NCBI GenBank assembly: GCA_963727805.1
Contig: CAVSHF010000003.1
Location: 32,001-96,000, forward strand
DNA length: 64,000 nucleotides
From: an uncultured Nitrospiraceae bacterium
Lineage (GTDB): Bacteria > Nitrospirota > Thermodesulfovibrionia > Thermodesulfovibrionales > Dissulfurispiraceae
Direction of reading: 5' to 3'
Positions 32,395-41,502 of this stretch are shown one piece after another (the first letter of the stretch is position 1; each line of letters opens with the position of its first letter). Made by a program: the position numbers and the translations under genes. The notes beneath the pieces are model-generated. The model was not told where the DNA came from. It saw only the letters and a list, made by a program, of their open reading frames with translations, and did no database searches.

Positions 32395-33144
32395 TTGAAT
32401 CACACTATCGAAAAACTCTCACAGATGAAGCTCTACACAATGGCAACGGCAGTGAAGGAGCAGCTTGAAAATCCTTCCCTTAGCAAACTGAGCTTTGAGG
32501 ACAGATTCTCCATGATCATAGACCGGGAGTGGACTTCCAGGGAAGACAGAAAACTCACCAGAAGACTCAAGTCGGCACGCCTGAGGACCAATGCCACTAT
32601 CGAAGATATCGACTATCAGCACCCCAGGGGATTGGACAAGTCGGTCGTCAGATCCCTGGCTTCTTGTCAGTGGATCTCTTCTCACCATAACGTGATCATC
32701 ACCGGGCCGACCGGCATCGGCAAGACTTACCTTGCTGAGGCATTTGCAAACAAAGCCTGCCGAGAAGGATTCACTGCTGTACAATACCGGTCAACAAGAC
32801 TCTTTGAGGAACTGAGGATCGCAAAAGCTGACGGCAGTTTCTTCAAGGTCCTCGGAAGACTTGCAAAGACGGACCTCCTCGTCATTGACGACTGGGCCGT
32901 GGACCCACTGACCGAAGATGAGCGCGGCCACTTCCTGGAAGTCATGGAAGACAGATACGGACTGAAGGCGACAATCATTACCAGCCAGTATCCCGTCGCC
33001 AAATGGCATGATCGCATCGGAGAGCCTACAAAAGCCGACGCCATACTCGACAGGATCGTCCATAACTCACACAAGATAGCTTTGAAGGGAGAATCGATGA
33101 GAAAAACTAAGACAAACTTGACGAAAGGCGAACGCTCTTCGTAA
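32395..33144 (+). CDS. istB: IS21 helper AAA+ ATPase
   Basis: Walker A GPTGIGKT, Walker B LLVIDD, DAILDRIVHN...GESMRK. Confidence 0.96.
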   Translation: MNHTIEKLSQMKLYTMATAVKEQLENPSLSKLSFEDRFSMIIDREWTSREDRKLTRRLKSARLRTNATIEDIDYQHPRGLDKSVVRSLASCQWISSHHNVIITGPTGIGKTYLAEAFANKACREGFTAVQYRSTRLFEELRIAKADGSFFKVLGRLAKTDLLVIDDWAVDPLTEDERGHFLEVMEDRYGLKATIITSQYPVAKWHDRIGEPTKADAILDRIVHNSHKIALKGESMRKTKTNLTKGERSS

Positions 33145-33453
33145 GATGTTTTGGTACGGCTTCGCTATGTTTCACAAGTGTTCGCCATCCTCCGGTACGA
33201 CTGTTCGCCATCACCGGAATTCGCACAGTGTGTGTAAAAGGCGGGATTTTACCCATCAGTCATTGTCTAGAAGGGTGACGCGGTAAGGCTTTTTGTGGTT
33301 GCAATTTAGTAATATATTTATCGCATTTTCTTGTAACAGAACTATGATCATGATTGGCAAATCTAATCTTACTGACTGTAGAAATATGAATTTTTCATGA
33401 ACTCGGGGCAAGTGAATGTAAGGTAACGTACAGATATGGATATAGTTGAGAGA

Positions 33454-34812
33454 TTATACTGAATGGCGGTGCCTCAAACCATTGCCTTTCGTCGCATAAA
33501 GCTTTTTATGCCTATCACTTTTCCTTGTTTTATGAAGGGCATATTGTTTTATCTTATTTATTGTATTTCTTACTGCCTTTAAATGGGAGGCATCCACCAC
33601 CGCATTTTTAGGAGGAAGCATCACAGCATTGCCGGACATCATGCTTAAACCAGGATTCATTGCCTTAATTATCTCCTCAGATACTCCGGTATATCTGGAA
33701 ATCTTTTTTATTGTATCGTTCTTCTGCAAAGCATACTGTCTTACAATTTCGCCAGGCTTCACATTAGAGTTAGAGAACTTCTCTATGAAATCATTAACAG
33801 TACCCTTAGGAATACGCAAAAGATACTCGCTCGTATTTAAAGGTGTGCACCACTGCTTTAATTCCGGGTTCAAGTCCCTTATTTCGTGTACTGTGGAGCC
33901 TGCGGCTTTTGCTATTGCATCAAGAGTCGCTGGGCTTGTGATAACAACCTCATCATAATCTATAGGATACTCATATTTTAAATCCGTAAATCCATATGCT
34001 TCCGGATTGGCAACGATGCGCAGTGTAGCCAGATATCCGGGCACATATTTTTTTGTTTCGTCTGGCAAGTTGACTGACTGGGAAACATCTAGATAACCCT
34101 TCAAGTTATCCCTGGACACCAAGCGCTGTATTCTATTTTCACCGACATTATAGGCTGCCATCGCTAGGTCCCATGAGCCAAACTGGTTATAAAGATCATT
34201 CAAATAATCTGATGCAGCCTGCGTTGCCCTCACAGGATCCTTTCTCTCATCACGCCAGAAATCGATATGAAGACCGTAGCGTTTGGCTGTCTCTTCAATA
34301 AATTGCCATTGTCCCACGGCTTTTGCCTTTGAACAAGCATTCGGATTAAATCCACTTTCCACTAGGGGCAGATAAGCCACATCCTCAGGCACGCCCTTAT
34401 TACGCAATATCTGTTTTATTAATCCAACATACCGTGTAGACCGCTCAAGATAGGTTTGATACCTCTCTCGTATCCGACCAGTATAAATTGCTATTATCCT
34501 ATCTACAGGACTAACAATCGATTCTAAATTGGACTTGCCAGCCGGTGTTTTCTGTGCTATCAGTTCCTGGATATCTTCTGTCGTCTTAAATTGAGGGACT
34601 GAAGGATTACTTATTGTTGCACTGCTATCCAGTTTTACAAGATAGCTATCCATTGCAGGTGTCAATTCCGGACATTCATTAACGTAAGCTAACGGATAAG
34701 TTGAAAATACAGGATTTGGCAGTGAGACTGAGGCTGCCGATAGAAACTGCTCATCTGCAGAGCATATTCCGACGAAGAGTAATATAAAAACCAAATAGAG
34801 ATGCCTTTTCAT
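33454..34812 (-). CDS. Lytic murein transglycosylase (MltD-like, SLT plus LysM)
   Basis: LPLVESGFNP, AVGQWQFI, AAYNVGE and ETKKYVP motifs; LysM-like C-terminal repeats (LNPELK, MNPGL). Confidence 0.9.
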   Translation of the reverse strand: MKRHLYLVFILLFVGICSADEQFLSAASVSLPNPVFSTYPLAYVNECPELTPAMDSYLVKLDSSATISNPSVPQFKTTEDIQELIAQKTPAGKSNLESIVSPVDRIIAIYTGRIRERYQTYLERSTRYVGLIKQILRNKGVPEDVAYLPLVESGFNPNACSKAKAVGQWQFIEETAKRYGLHIDFWRDERKDPVRATQAASDYLNDLYNQFGSWDLAMAAYNVGENRIQRLVSRDNLKGYLDVSQSVNLPDETKKYVPGYLATLRIVANPEAYGFTDLKYEYPIDYDEVVITSPATLDAIAKAAGSTVHEIRDLNPELKQWCTPLNTSEYLLRIPKGTVNDFIEKFSNSNVKPGEIVRQYALQKNDTIKKISRYTGVSEEIIKAMNPGLSMMSGNAVMLPPKNAVVDASHLKAVRNTINKIKQYALHKTRKSDRHKKLYATKGNGLRHRHSV

Positions 34813-34977
34813 GCCGTATAATTCAGTCCTTATCAGCTAACAACGAACGCTCAATGTATATATTACCTATTATACTAGTTTACTTTTGTGATCTTGTGTG
34901 ATAATGAACACATAATTACTGCCTTGACCACACTAAAAATAGCACTGCCTGATCCCTCTTGACTAATGCCTAGTAGT

Positions 34978-35153
34978 GCGGACCCCTGATAATTAGCGCT
35001 TATATCCTTCGGTGTGTTCTGGATACCATGTAGCGATAATTTCTGTGAGTTATTGTTTCAACATCTTTCTTCTTTTAAAGACGAGAAACGCCTCGGTTTG
35101 CTTCTTTCCCGTCTGATAAGCGTCTTACGATTAGAGCCCCTGATTCTAGGAAA
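34978..35153. repeat. 176-bp dispersed direct repeat, copy B (abuts IS3)
   Basis: Matches 25934-26109. Confidence 0.9.
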
Positions 35154-35225
35154 AAGAGGTGGACCCCAGAAATCGGACAGTCGTATAAGGTGTAAAATAT
35201 ACGATTGACTGGAGGTCGCACGGAG

Positions 35226-35513
35226 ATGAGCAAAACAAAGAGGAACCGATATTCAGGGGAGTTCAAAGCAAAGGTAGCGCGTGAAGCAATGAGGGAGGGA
35301 TCGACGATTGTAGAGATCGCATCACGGTACAATATTCACCCCAATCAGGTTAGCGAGTGGAAGAAGCAGGCTATTGAAGGGCTTGCAGATGTATTTACAG
35401 GGAAGCACGGTCGTAACGAAAACGCTCACGAGGCTCAAATCACGGAACTGCATGCCAAGATTGGGCAGTTGACAGTGGAGCGGGATTTTTTAGCGAAAGC
35501 CTTCAATCGATGA
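35226..35513 (+). CDS. IS3 OrfA
   Basis: RYSGEFKAKVA...IHPNQVSEWKKQ...KIGQLTVERDFL. Confidence 0.92.
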   Translation: MSKTKRNRYSGEFKAKVAREAMREGSTIVEIASRYNIHPNQVSEWKKQAIEGLADVFTGKHGRNENAHEAQITELHAKIGQLTVERDFLAKAFNR

Positions 35514-36376
35514 GCCGCGATCGAAGGAAAGAGATAATTGAACCGGAACACCCGAGGCTCAGCATTACGAGACAGTGCAACCTACTTCAAATCAGCCGCT
35601 CGTCGTGGTATTACGAAGCAATGGGAGAATCGGCACAGAATCTGGAGTTGATGCGCCTAATTGACGAGCAATTTCTGAAGACCCCGGAATATGGAGCCCG
35701 TCAGATGGCCCGTTATTTACGGCGGCAGGGATATTGGGTAAACAGGAAGCGGGTAAGTCGATTGATGCAGAAGATGGGGCTAATGGCGATGTATCAGAAA
35801 CCCAACACGAGCAAACCGCATCCTGAGCACAAGGTCTATCCCTATCTGCTTAGAGGCTTGAACATTACGGAGCCAAACCAGGTGTGGTGCGCCGATATCA
35901 GCTTCATCCCGATGCGACGGGGATTTCTATATTTGGTGGCGATTATGGACTGGGCGAGCCGAAAGGTTTTAAGCTGGCGGCTCAGCAACACTATGGAGGC
36001 TGCTTTCTGTGTGACAGCCCTCAAAGAGGCCTTGGCCAGATACGGCAAACCAGGGATCTTCAATACCGATCAAGGCAGCCAGTTCACCAGTATTGAGTTC
36101 ACACAGACGCTCCTGGATTCCGGTGTAAAGATATCAATGGACGGAAAAGGCCGCTGGGTGGATAACGTGATGGTTGAACGGCTATGGCGATCACTGAAGT
36201 ATGATTGCGTTTATAGATACGCATTTGAGACCGGCAATGAAGCAAGAAATGGCATCGGCGAGTGGATCAAGCAGTATAACGAGGAGCGTCCTCATTCTTC
36301 TCTGGACGACAGGACGCCTCATGAAGCATACTGGAATCTGCCAAAGGCAGGTTGCCCGGGAAAACTGGCGGCATGA
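35510..36376 (+). CDS. IS3 OrfB DDE transposase
   Basis: WCADISF, NTDQGSQFTS and DNVMVERLWRSLKY motifs. Confidence 0.94.
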   Translation: MSRDRRKEIIEPEHPRLSITRQCNLLQISRSSWYYEAMGESAQNLELMRLIDEQFLKTPEYGARQMARYLRRQGYWVNRKRVSRLMQKMGLMAMYQKPNTSKPHPEHKVYPYLLRGLNITEPNQVWCADISFIPMRRGFLYLVAIMDWASRKVLSWRLSNTMEAAFCVTALKEALARYGKPGIFNTDQGSQFTSIEFTQTLLDSGVKISMDGKGRWVDNVMVERLWRSLKYDCVYRYAFETGNEARNGIGEWIKQYNEERPHSSLDDRTPHEAYWNLPKAGCPGKLAA

Positions 36377-36614
36377 TGACCGGTGGCTTCCACCTTAAAT
36401 CAGCCCCAAAGCTGTCCAACCAATGGGGGCCACCTCTAAATTTGCTATTTGAAAAAACCCAATAAAAGTAAGGCAGAGCTCGGCACACTGCACAAAAAGT
36501 GTACAGCAGAATATTAAATCCTTGTAAATACTTACCTCGCCCCGTATTATGGAAAATAGACAACACATTGAAACATTTCCGTGTAAGTAAAATTATAGAA
36601 CCGAAGGGGGACGT

Positions 36615-37076
36615 ATGAAAGCAATATTACTCTTGGGAGCATGTTTTTTGTTGCTGAGTTTTGCACCAGTGAATGCAGGAGCACAAAAGGAGATTAAAAG
36701 GGGCGATAACTGGGTGCTTTATAGTGTAACAGAGAATTATTCGTTTTATTACGACAAAACGAATATTCAACAGCAATCCAATAAACATATAAGGGTATGG
36801 ATAAGAGAGGAGACGGAGGACGCTGCTACAGAGGTTAAAGGAAAAAGAGATGAGGGATTGCCAACAAAAGGACATGAAATATTTTCTTATAGTCTTGTTT
36901 TATCTGAGATTGATTGCAGCAATAAACAAATAGGAGACGTATTAGTTACTGATTATGATAACAAAGATAACGTCTTAAAATCATTCGATTTTAAAGATGT
37001 AGAAATGAGACCTGTTAAGCCAGACACCATAGCGGAATCACTATATAAGGCAGTCTGTAAAGCAGAGAAAATATAA
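36615..37076 (+). CDS. Secreted surface-adhesin-E-like protein
   Basis: Signal peptide; FYYDK...IRVW...EIDC...VKPDTIAESLYKAVC. Confidence 0.7.
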   Translation: MKAILLLGACFLLLSFAPVNAGAQKEIKRGDNWVLYSVTENYSFYYDKTNIQQQSNKHIRVWIREETEDAATEVKGKRDEGLPTKGHEIFSYSLVLSEIDCSNKQIGDVLVTDYDNKDNVLKSFDFKDVEMRPVKPDTIAESLYKAVCKAEKI

Positions 37077-37096
37077 TGTAACCAGAAAAGGGATAG

Positions 37097-37228
37097 TACA
37101 TCAAACGATTATTGATAGCTTCAATATTTCTTCTGCTATTTATCCCTGCCATCTGTCTTGCAGATGCGGAAAAGATTTTCAGGGAAAACAACAAGGCAAT
37201 TGTTTTTATCGTAGTTTATGATTTCTAA
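37097..37228 (+). pseudogene. N-terminal remnant of a secreted protein (trypsin-like protease start pattern)
   Basis: YIKRLLIASIFLLLFIPAICLA-DAEKIFRENNKAIVFIVVYD then stop; no start codon. Confidence 0.4.
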
Positions 37229-37385
37229 TTTGAAATCTAATGGAAGAGGGGATAAATAGTATGTTCGGCCCGGAAAAGGCAGATATCGTGTGGCTAATGG
37301 CATCTATTAAGCTTTATTTGGATAATGAGGTTCTCAATAGTTACCGTCCCGCCGCTGATGTTGAAACTGATATCAGGTGACTAGT

Positions 37386-38477
37386 CTACGATCCCTGCTC
37401 TTTTTCAGACAGCAGTGCAAGATCATGCTGAGCCTGAGTGTGTCCCTGTTTTGCCGCAAGACCGTACCAAACTGCTGCCTCTTTTTCATCCTGTGCTACT
37501 CCAAGACCATTGGCATATAGCAACCCAAGGTTATAGGCGGCCTGAGTCACTCCCTGCACACCAGCGAGACGGTACCATTTAGCGGCCTCTTTATAGTCCC
37601 GCTCAACTCCCTGCCCTTTCTCATACAACAGGCCGAGGTTGTACTGCGCCTGGGGATGCCCTTGATTCGCTGCGAGCCTATACCACTTCAGAGCCTCGCT
37701 ATAACTATGCCACACACCAATCCCCTTGTTATACATGACCCCGATGTTATATTGGGCTTCGGCTATCCCCTGTTCCGCCGCCATGCGATACCACTTGGCG
37801 GCCATTTTGTAGTTTTGTCTCACTCCCTCACCACTATAATACATAGACCCCACGTTGTACTGAGCATGGGCTATTCCTTCTTCAGCCGCAAGCGTATACC
37901 AACGAAACGCAATTTTGTAATCCTGTTCTACGCCTGTGCCGTTATAATACATCGAACCTAAAATATGCTGGGCTCGTCCTTCTCTCTGCTCTGCTGCCAG
38001 GCAGAGCCAATTAATAGCCTCGGTATAGTCCTGTGGAGTTCCCTGTCCTTTGGCATACATGACACCTAAGTTGTATTGAGCGTAAGGGTTGTTCTGCTCC
38101 GCGGACAGGCGATATAGCTTGAGAGCTTCGTCATAATCTGGCCGTACTCCTTGGCCCTTGCAATAAAGCGAACCAAGACTATTCTGTGCGTCAGGGTTAT
38201 TTTGGTCAGCTGACTTACGATACCACCTTGCGGCTTCCTTGTAGTTCTGCTCCACCCCTTTGCCTGTCGCATACATAACACCAAGGCTATATTGAGCAGA
38301 AGCATTCCCCTGTTCGGCCTCTCTCAGAAATACATCATAAGGCGTCTTGGCATCGTCTGTTTGGGAGTTAATACTACCTGAAGGTTGAAGGAAACTAAGA
38401 GTAGACTGTGTGGAACAGCCGAACAGCAAGAAGATTGCCGCAAGGATGGGGACAATAAGCTTTGTTTGTGTTTTCAT
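37386..38477 (-). CDS. Sel1-repeat lipoprotein
   Basis: Lipobox LFGC; about 8-9 36-aa AQYNLGxMYxxGxGVxQDYxxAxxWYxxAAxQG repeats. Confidence 0.95.
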   Translation of the reverse strand: MKTQTKLIVPILAAIFLLFGCSTQSTLSFLQPSGSINSQTDDAKTPYDVFLREAEQGNASAQYSLGVMYATGKGVEQNYKEAARWYRKSADQNNPDAQNSLGSLYCKGQGVRPDYDEALKLYRLSAEQNNPYAQYNLGVMYAKGQGTPQDYTEAINWLCLAAEQREGRAQHILGSMYYNGTGVEQDYKIAFRWYTLAAEEGIAHAQYNVGSMYYSGEGVRQNYKMAAKWYRMAAEQGIAEAQYNIGVMYNKGIGVWHSYSEALKWYRLAANQGHPQAQYNLGLLYEKGQGVERDYKEAAKWYRLAGVQGVTQAAYNLGLLYANGLGVAQDEKEAAVWYGLAAKQGHTQAQHDLALLSEKEQGS

Positions 38478-38503
38478 TGCAGACTCCTTTCTCCTTCAGA
38501 GGT

Positions 38504-38593
38504 TGCAATCGTTATGCCAACAAAATATCCTTAAATATCAGTACATGCGCCTATACTATCCAAGATAAATTTTCCTGTCTGACAGAAAAATTT
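38504..38593 (-). promoter_or_regulatory. Sigma54 promoter and upstream palindrome for the Sel1 gene
   Basis: Minus strand TTGGCATAACGATTGCA (GG-N10-GC) at 38520-38504; palindrome AAATTTTCCTGTC-T-GACAGAAAAATTT at 38567-38593. Confidence 0.7.
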
Positions 38594-39103
38594 TCCCGTA
38601 TAATTATTTCCTTTTTTCTGACATGTTAAATAAGAGCATTTCCTTTGCTGTTCTTCTATTATTTCGTCATAGAAAGACCATCTTCTATGATTCGGGGTTT
38701 TAAGAGGTTCTTTTGGGGGCCCGCTATTGTATAAAAATATTATCTAATTGGATTACATAAGAAAATGAGAGGGTAAAACGTAGTTCGTACGGATTAATAC
38801 TTGATAGAATCTAAATAGGCACTATGCTAGTTAACTTCTCTTTTTCACGGAATCATCCCAAGAGCTAAGATGACAGGTGTTAGGATAAGCGAAGCTGGTC
38901 GAGAAGAAATCAAAACTGCTGAAAGTCATTCGTGTCGCCAGCAGTTAAAATTTGGATATTTCCGAAAGTAATCGCTAGATTTGTCTGATACGATGTTATC
39001 TGTAGTATCTACGGTATACACTCCCGCCTGAGTATAATGTGCTCAATATTTGCCAAAAGCGATAAGTTCTTGATATGTCTTTCTATGCTTTATTTCCATT
39101 TCA

Positions 39104-39601
39104 TCACACGCCCTTAAGGGCTTGCAATATTTCCTTCAAGTGGTCAATATGAAAACTCAGGTGGTAGTCTGCAATAGCCTCAATCCACATCGCCAGAGTC
39201 GGATATTCGCCCATTGGAGAATCTTTCAGCAGGGGGATATGGGCCTTTCGGGCGAGTTGCTCATCTGTCAATGACAATGTTCGGTCAGCCATTATCTTGT
39301 ATTGCTGCTCAAAAACAGCAAGGAGTTCCGCCAGGGTCAGTCGTGAGCGTCTGTCTGTGAAGAAAGAATTTTCGGGCTCAATGTCAATGCGAGGGGTATT
39401 ATGGTCCAGATAGGCTTGAACTGTCACGATAAAGCCTTCTCCCTCTTTCCCGCAGAGGTGAGATATGATCTCCTTAGGCGACCATCTGCCTTCGGGCGCT
39501 CTGGAAGCTGTTTTTTCATCGATCCCCTGGCATATGGTTTTGAGTACTCCCACCTTTTCATTGATCAATTTCGCCAATCTGATGCTTTCAGTTGAAGCCA
39601 T
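39104..39601 (-). CDS. DinB-family protein
   Basis: PEGRWSPKEIISHL...YHLSFHIDHL; AAGGAGG RBS. Confidence 0.85.
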   Translation of the reverse strand: MASTESIRLAKLINEKVGVLKTICQGIDEKTASRAPEGRWSPKEIISHLCGKEGEGFIVTVQAYLDHNTPRIDIEPENSFFTDRRSRLTLAELLAVFEQQYKIMADRTLSLTDEQLARKAHIPLLKDSPMGEYPTLAMWIEAIADYHLSFHIDHLKEILQALKGV

Positions 39602-39878
39602 TTTATCCCTCCTTGTGCGTTTACAAAACCTGATACTATCACATCTCAGTCTAAGTATATCGAAGTTATTCTTACAAGCGAAATGAGGATGTGCATACGA
39701 ATAAACGAGTGGGAAGCAATAAATTCTCGAATCCGTTCGTTACGATCGGTACTCCTCTGATATTCAAAAGTGAAAAAATGTGTTTGTTCTGAGTAGCATT
39801 CCTTAGTGGTCGGTTCGCGAAACGTCTGGTAGCTAGGGTGTAACCTGGTAAAAGAAGAAAAGACCTGCAATGGCCTCA

Positions 39879-41420
39879 TTAAGGGTGGACACCGCTGTGA
39901 CATTCATAGCATCCCATAGATTGCCATTCCTTTCCGATGTCAATGGGATGCCTAAATTCCTGGCCGGTCTCCATATTCAAGGTTTCTGTCGGACCACTTT
40001 TCCCTTGTTCAAGAATTATATGACATGTATGACAATCGCTGGGAATAATCAGCCCTTCATCGCTTTTATGTTTGCCGTCATGACATCTCATGCACCCTTT
40101 GAAAATAAAATGGCCGATGTTGTTCGGGTAATCTGACCATCTTGCTTTCATCGCTGGGAAAATGTTCTTCTGAAATGCTTTTTGTGTTGCCTTAACCGCA
40201 TTATTGATGTCAGTGCTTCTTTCCGAATAAAACTGAGGATAATTCTTTTGGTAGAAACCGTTCATGGCTGTAGCGATGCCGTTAACAGCATCAGCATCGG
40301 AGGCATAAGTATTTGTCATCGCCGTTACTGCCGCCAGTTTCACTTCCGGAATGGTTGCTGCTATTCCACCAGAAGATATTTCGAGGTCTATTTCGTAGTC
40401 GGGAGAATGTATATCGTGGCTCGGGCGATTATGGCAATCCATACAATCCATAACCCGTGGCAGCTCCGATGCTATTTTGTTGTTTGGCTGAGGACCGGAG
40501 GAATCGTGAAAAACCGTTACCTTACCAGTCAGTTTATCGCTTACCCTTATCCAAGGGATATCCTGTCTTCGTTCATCCGTTGCTATATATTCCACCTTTA
40601 TTTCAGGATTGATATGCCAGTGGATTCCTGATTTCCTGGTTGCCAGCGGGCTACCGCTACCGACTTTGAGGAGCATGTTTATCGGCCATTTGCTGTTATT
40701 CCTATCGTATAGATAATGATCGAACCGGCGTTGCATGCCTCCGTAAAAAATGTTTGGCCAGTGGCACTGTTCACATGTTTCCCTGGCAGGCCTTAAATTG
40801 CTAACCGGTGTAGGTAAAGGGCGAGGATATATTTTGGCTAGTACCGCATAGACCTGATAAAGACCAGACAGTTTTGATTTGGCATACCAGCCCACGCCCG
40901 GTCCGATATGACATGCAACGCATTCCACCCGTGCGTGCGGAGATTGCTGATACGCTGTATACTCCGGCTTCATTACTACATGGCAAAGGCTTCCGCAAAA
41001 GGCCACTGATCCAGTAAATTGATAGGCCTGGTAAATTCCGACCGAACTCAAGAGCATGAAGAGCGATGTGCCCAGAATAAAAATTATGGTAGCTCTCATA
41101 TAGTGTTTGTCGTTAAGATCTATTTGGGGCCACTTGAATGGCAGTTCCCCTCCCTTCCGCAGCTGTCGCCACCTTAGATACATGCCTAACGGGATTAGCA
41201 AAAGACCCAGCACAAGAAAGGAAGGCAGGAGCATGTAAAGGAGAATCCCTATATAGGGGCTCTTTATTCCGACGATGAAATTTATTCCGAGCAGGAACAG
41301 TATAATGAGGGACGTAACACCCGACAAGACAAATCCGACAACGCTTGTCCAGTTATGCAACAAAGACGGCAATTTCCTTTTGTCCATAATCGATTGATGA
41401 TATTTCGTATGACGAGTCAA
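39879..41420 (-). CDS. NapC/NirT-family 7-heme inner-membrane cytochrome, ImcH-like (ATG start may be 41387)
   Basis: Three N-terminal TM helices; CGSLCH plus six CxxCH (CVACH, CEQCH, CMDCH, CMRCH, CHTCH, CYECH); about 500 aa. Confidence 0.85.
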   Translation of the reverse strand: MTRHTKYHQSIMDKRKLPSLLHNWTSVVGFVLSGVTSLIILFLLGINFIVGIKSPYIGILLYMLLPSFLVLGLLLIPLGMYLRWRQLRKGGELPFKWPQIDLNDKHYMRATIIFILGTSLFMLLSSVGIYQAYQFTGSVAFCGSLCHVVMKPEYTAYQQSPHARVECVACHIGPGVGWYAKSKLSGLYQVYAVLAKIYPRPLPTPVSNLRPARETCEQCHWPNIFYGGMQRRFDHYLYDRNNSKWPINMLLKVGSGSPLATRKSGIHWHINPEIKVEYIATDERRQDIPWIRVSDKLTGKVTVFHDSSGPQPNNKIASELPRVMDCMDCHNRPSHDIHSPDYEIDLEISSGGIAATIPEVKLAAVTAMTNTYASDADAVNGIATAMNGFYQKNYPQFYSERSTDINNAVKATQKAFQKNIFPAMKARWSDYPNNIGHFIFKGCMRCHDGKHKSDEGLIIPSDCHTCHIILEQGKSGPTETLNMETGQEFRHPIDIGKEWQSMGCYECHSGVHP

Positions 41421-41502
41421 AAAGACAAGGCTTCAGCACTATTATTCGCTGTCTTTTGAGTAAACATAACATCAAACCTGCAAGATGTCAATTTTGGATG
41501 GC

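Larger units (their letters stand above)
30518..33225 (+). mobile_element. IS21-family element, intact
   Basis: Ends TGCGAATT...AATTCGCA; multiple subterminal CGAACAC/GTGTTCG repeats; 7-bp target duplication CAGTGTG at 30511-30517 and 33226-33232; istA-istB. Confidence 0.97.
35154..36438 (+). mobile_element. IS3-family element
   Basis: Inverted repeats AGAGGTGGACCCCAGAAATCGGACAG / CTGTCCAACCAATGGGGGCCACCTCT; orfA/orfB with ATGA overlap and a TTTTTTAG slippery site. Confidence 0.93.
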
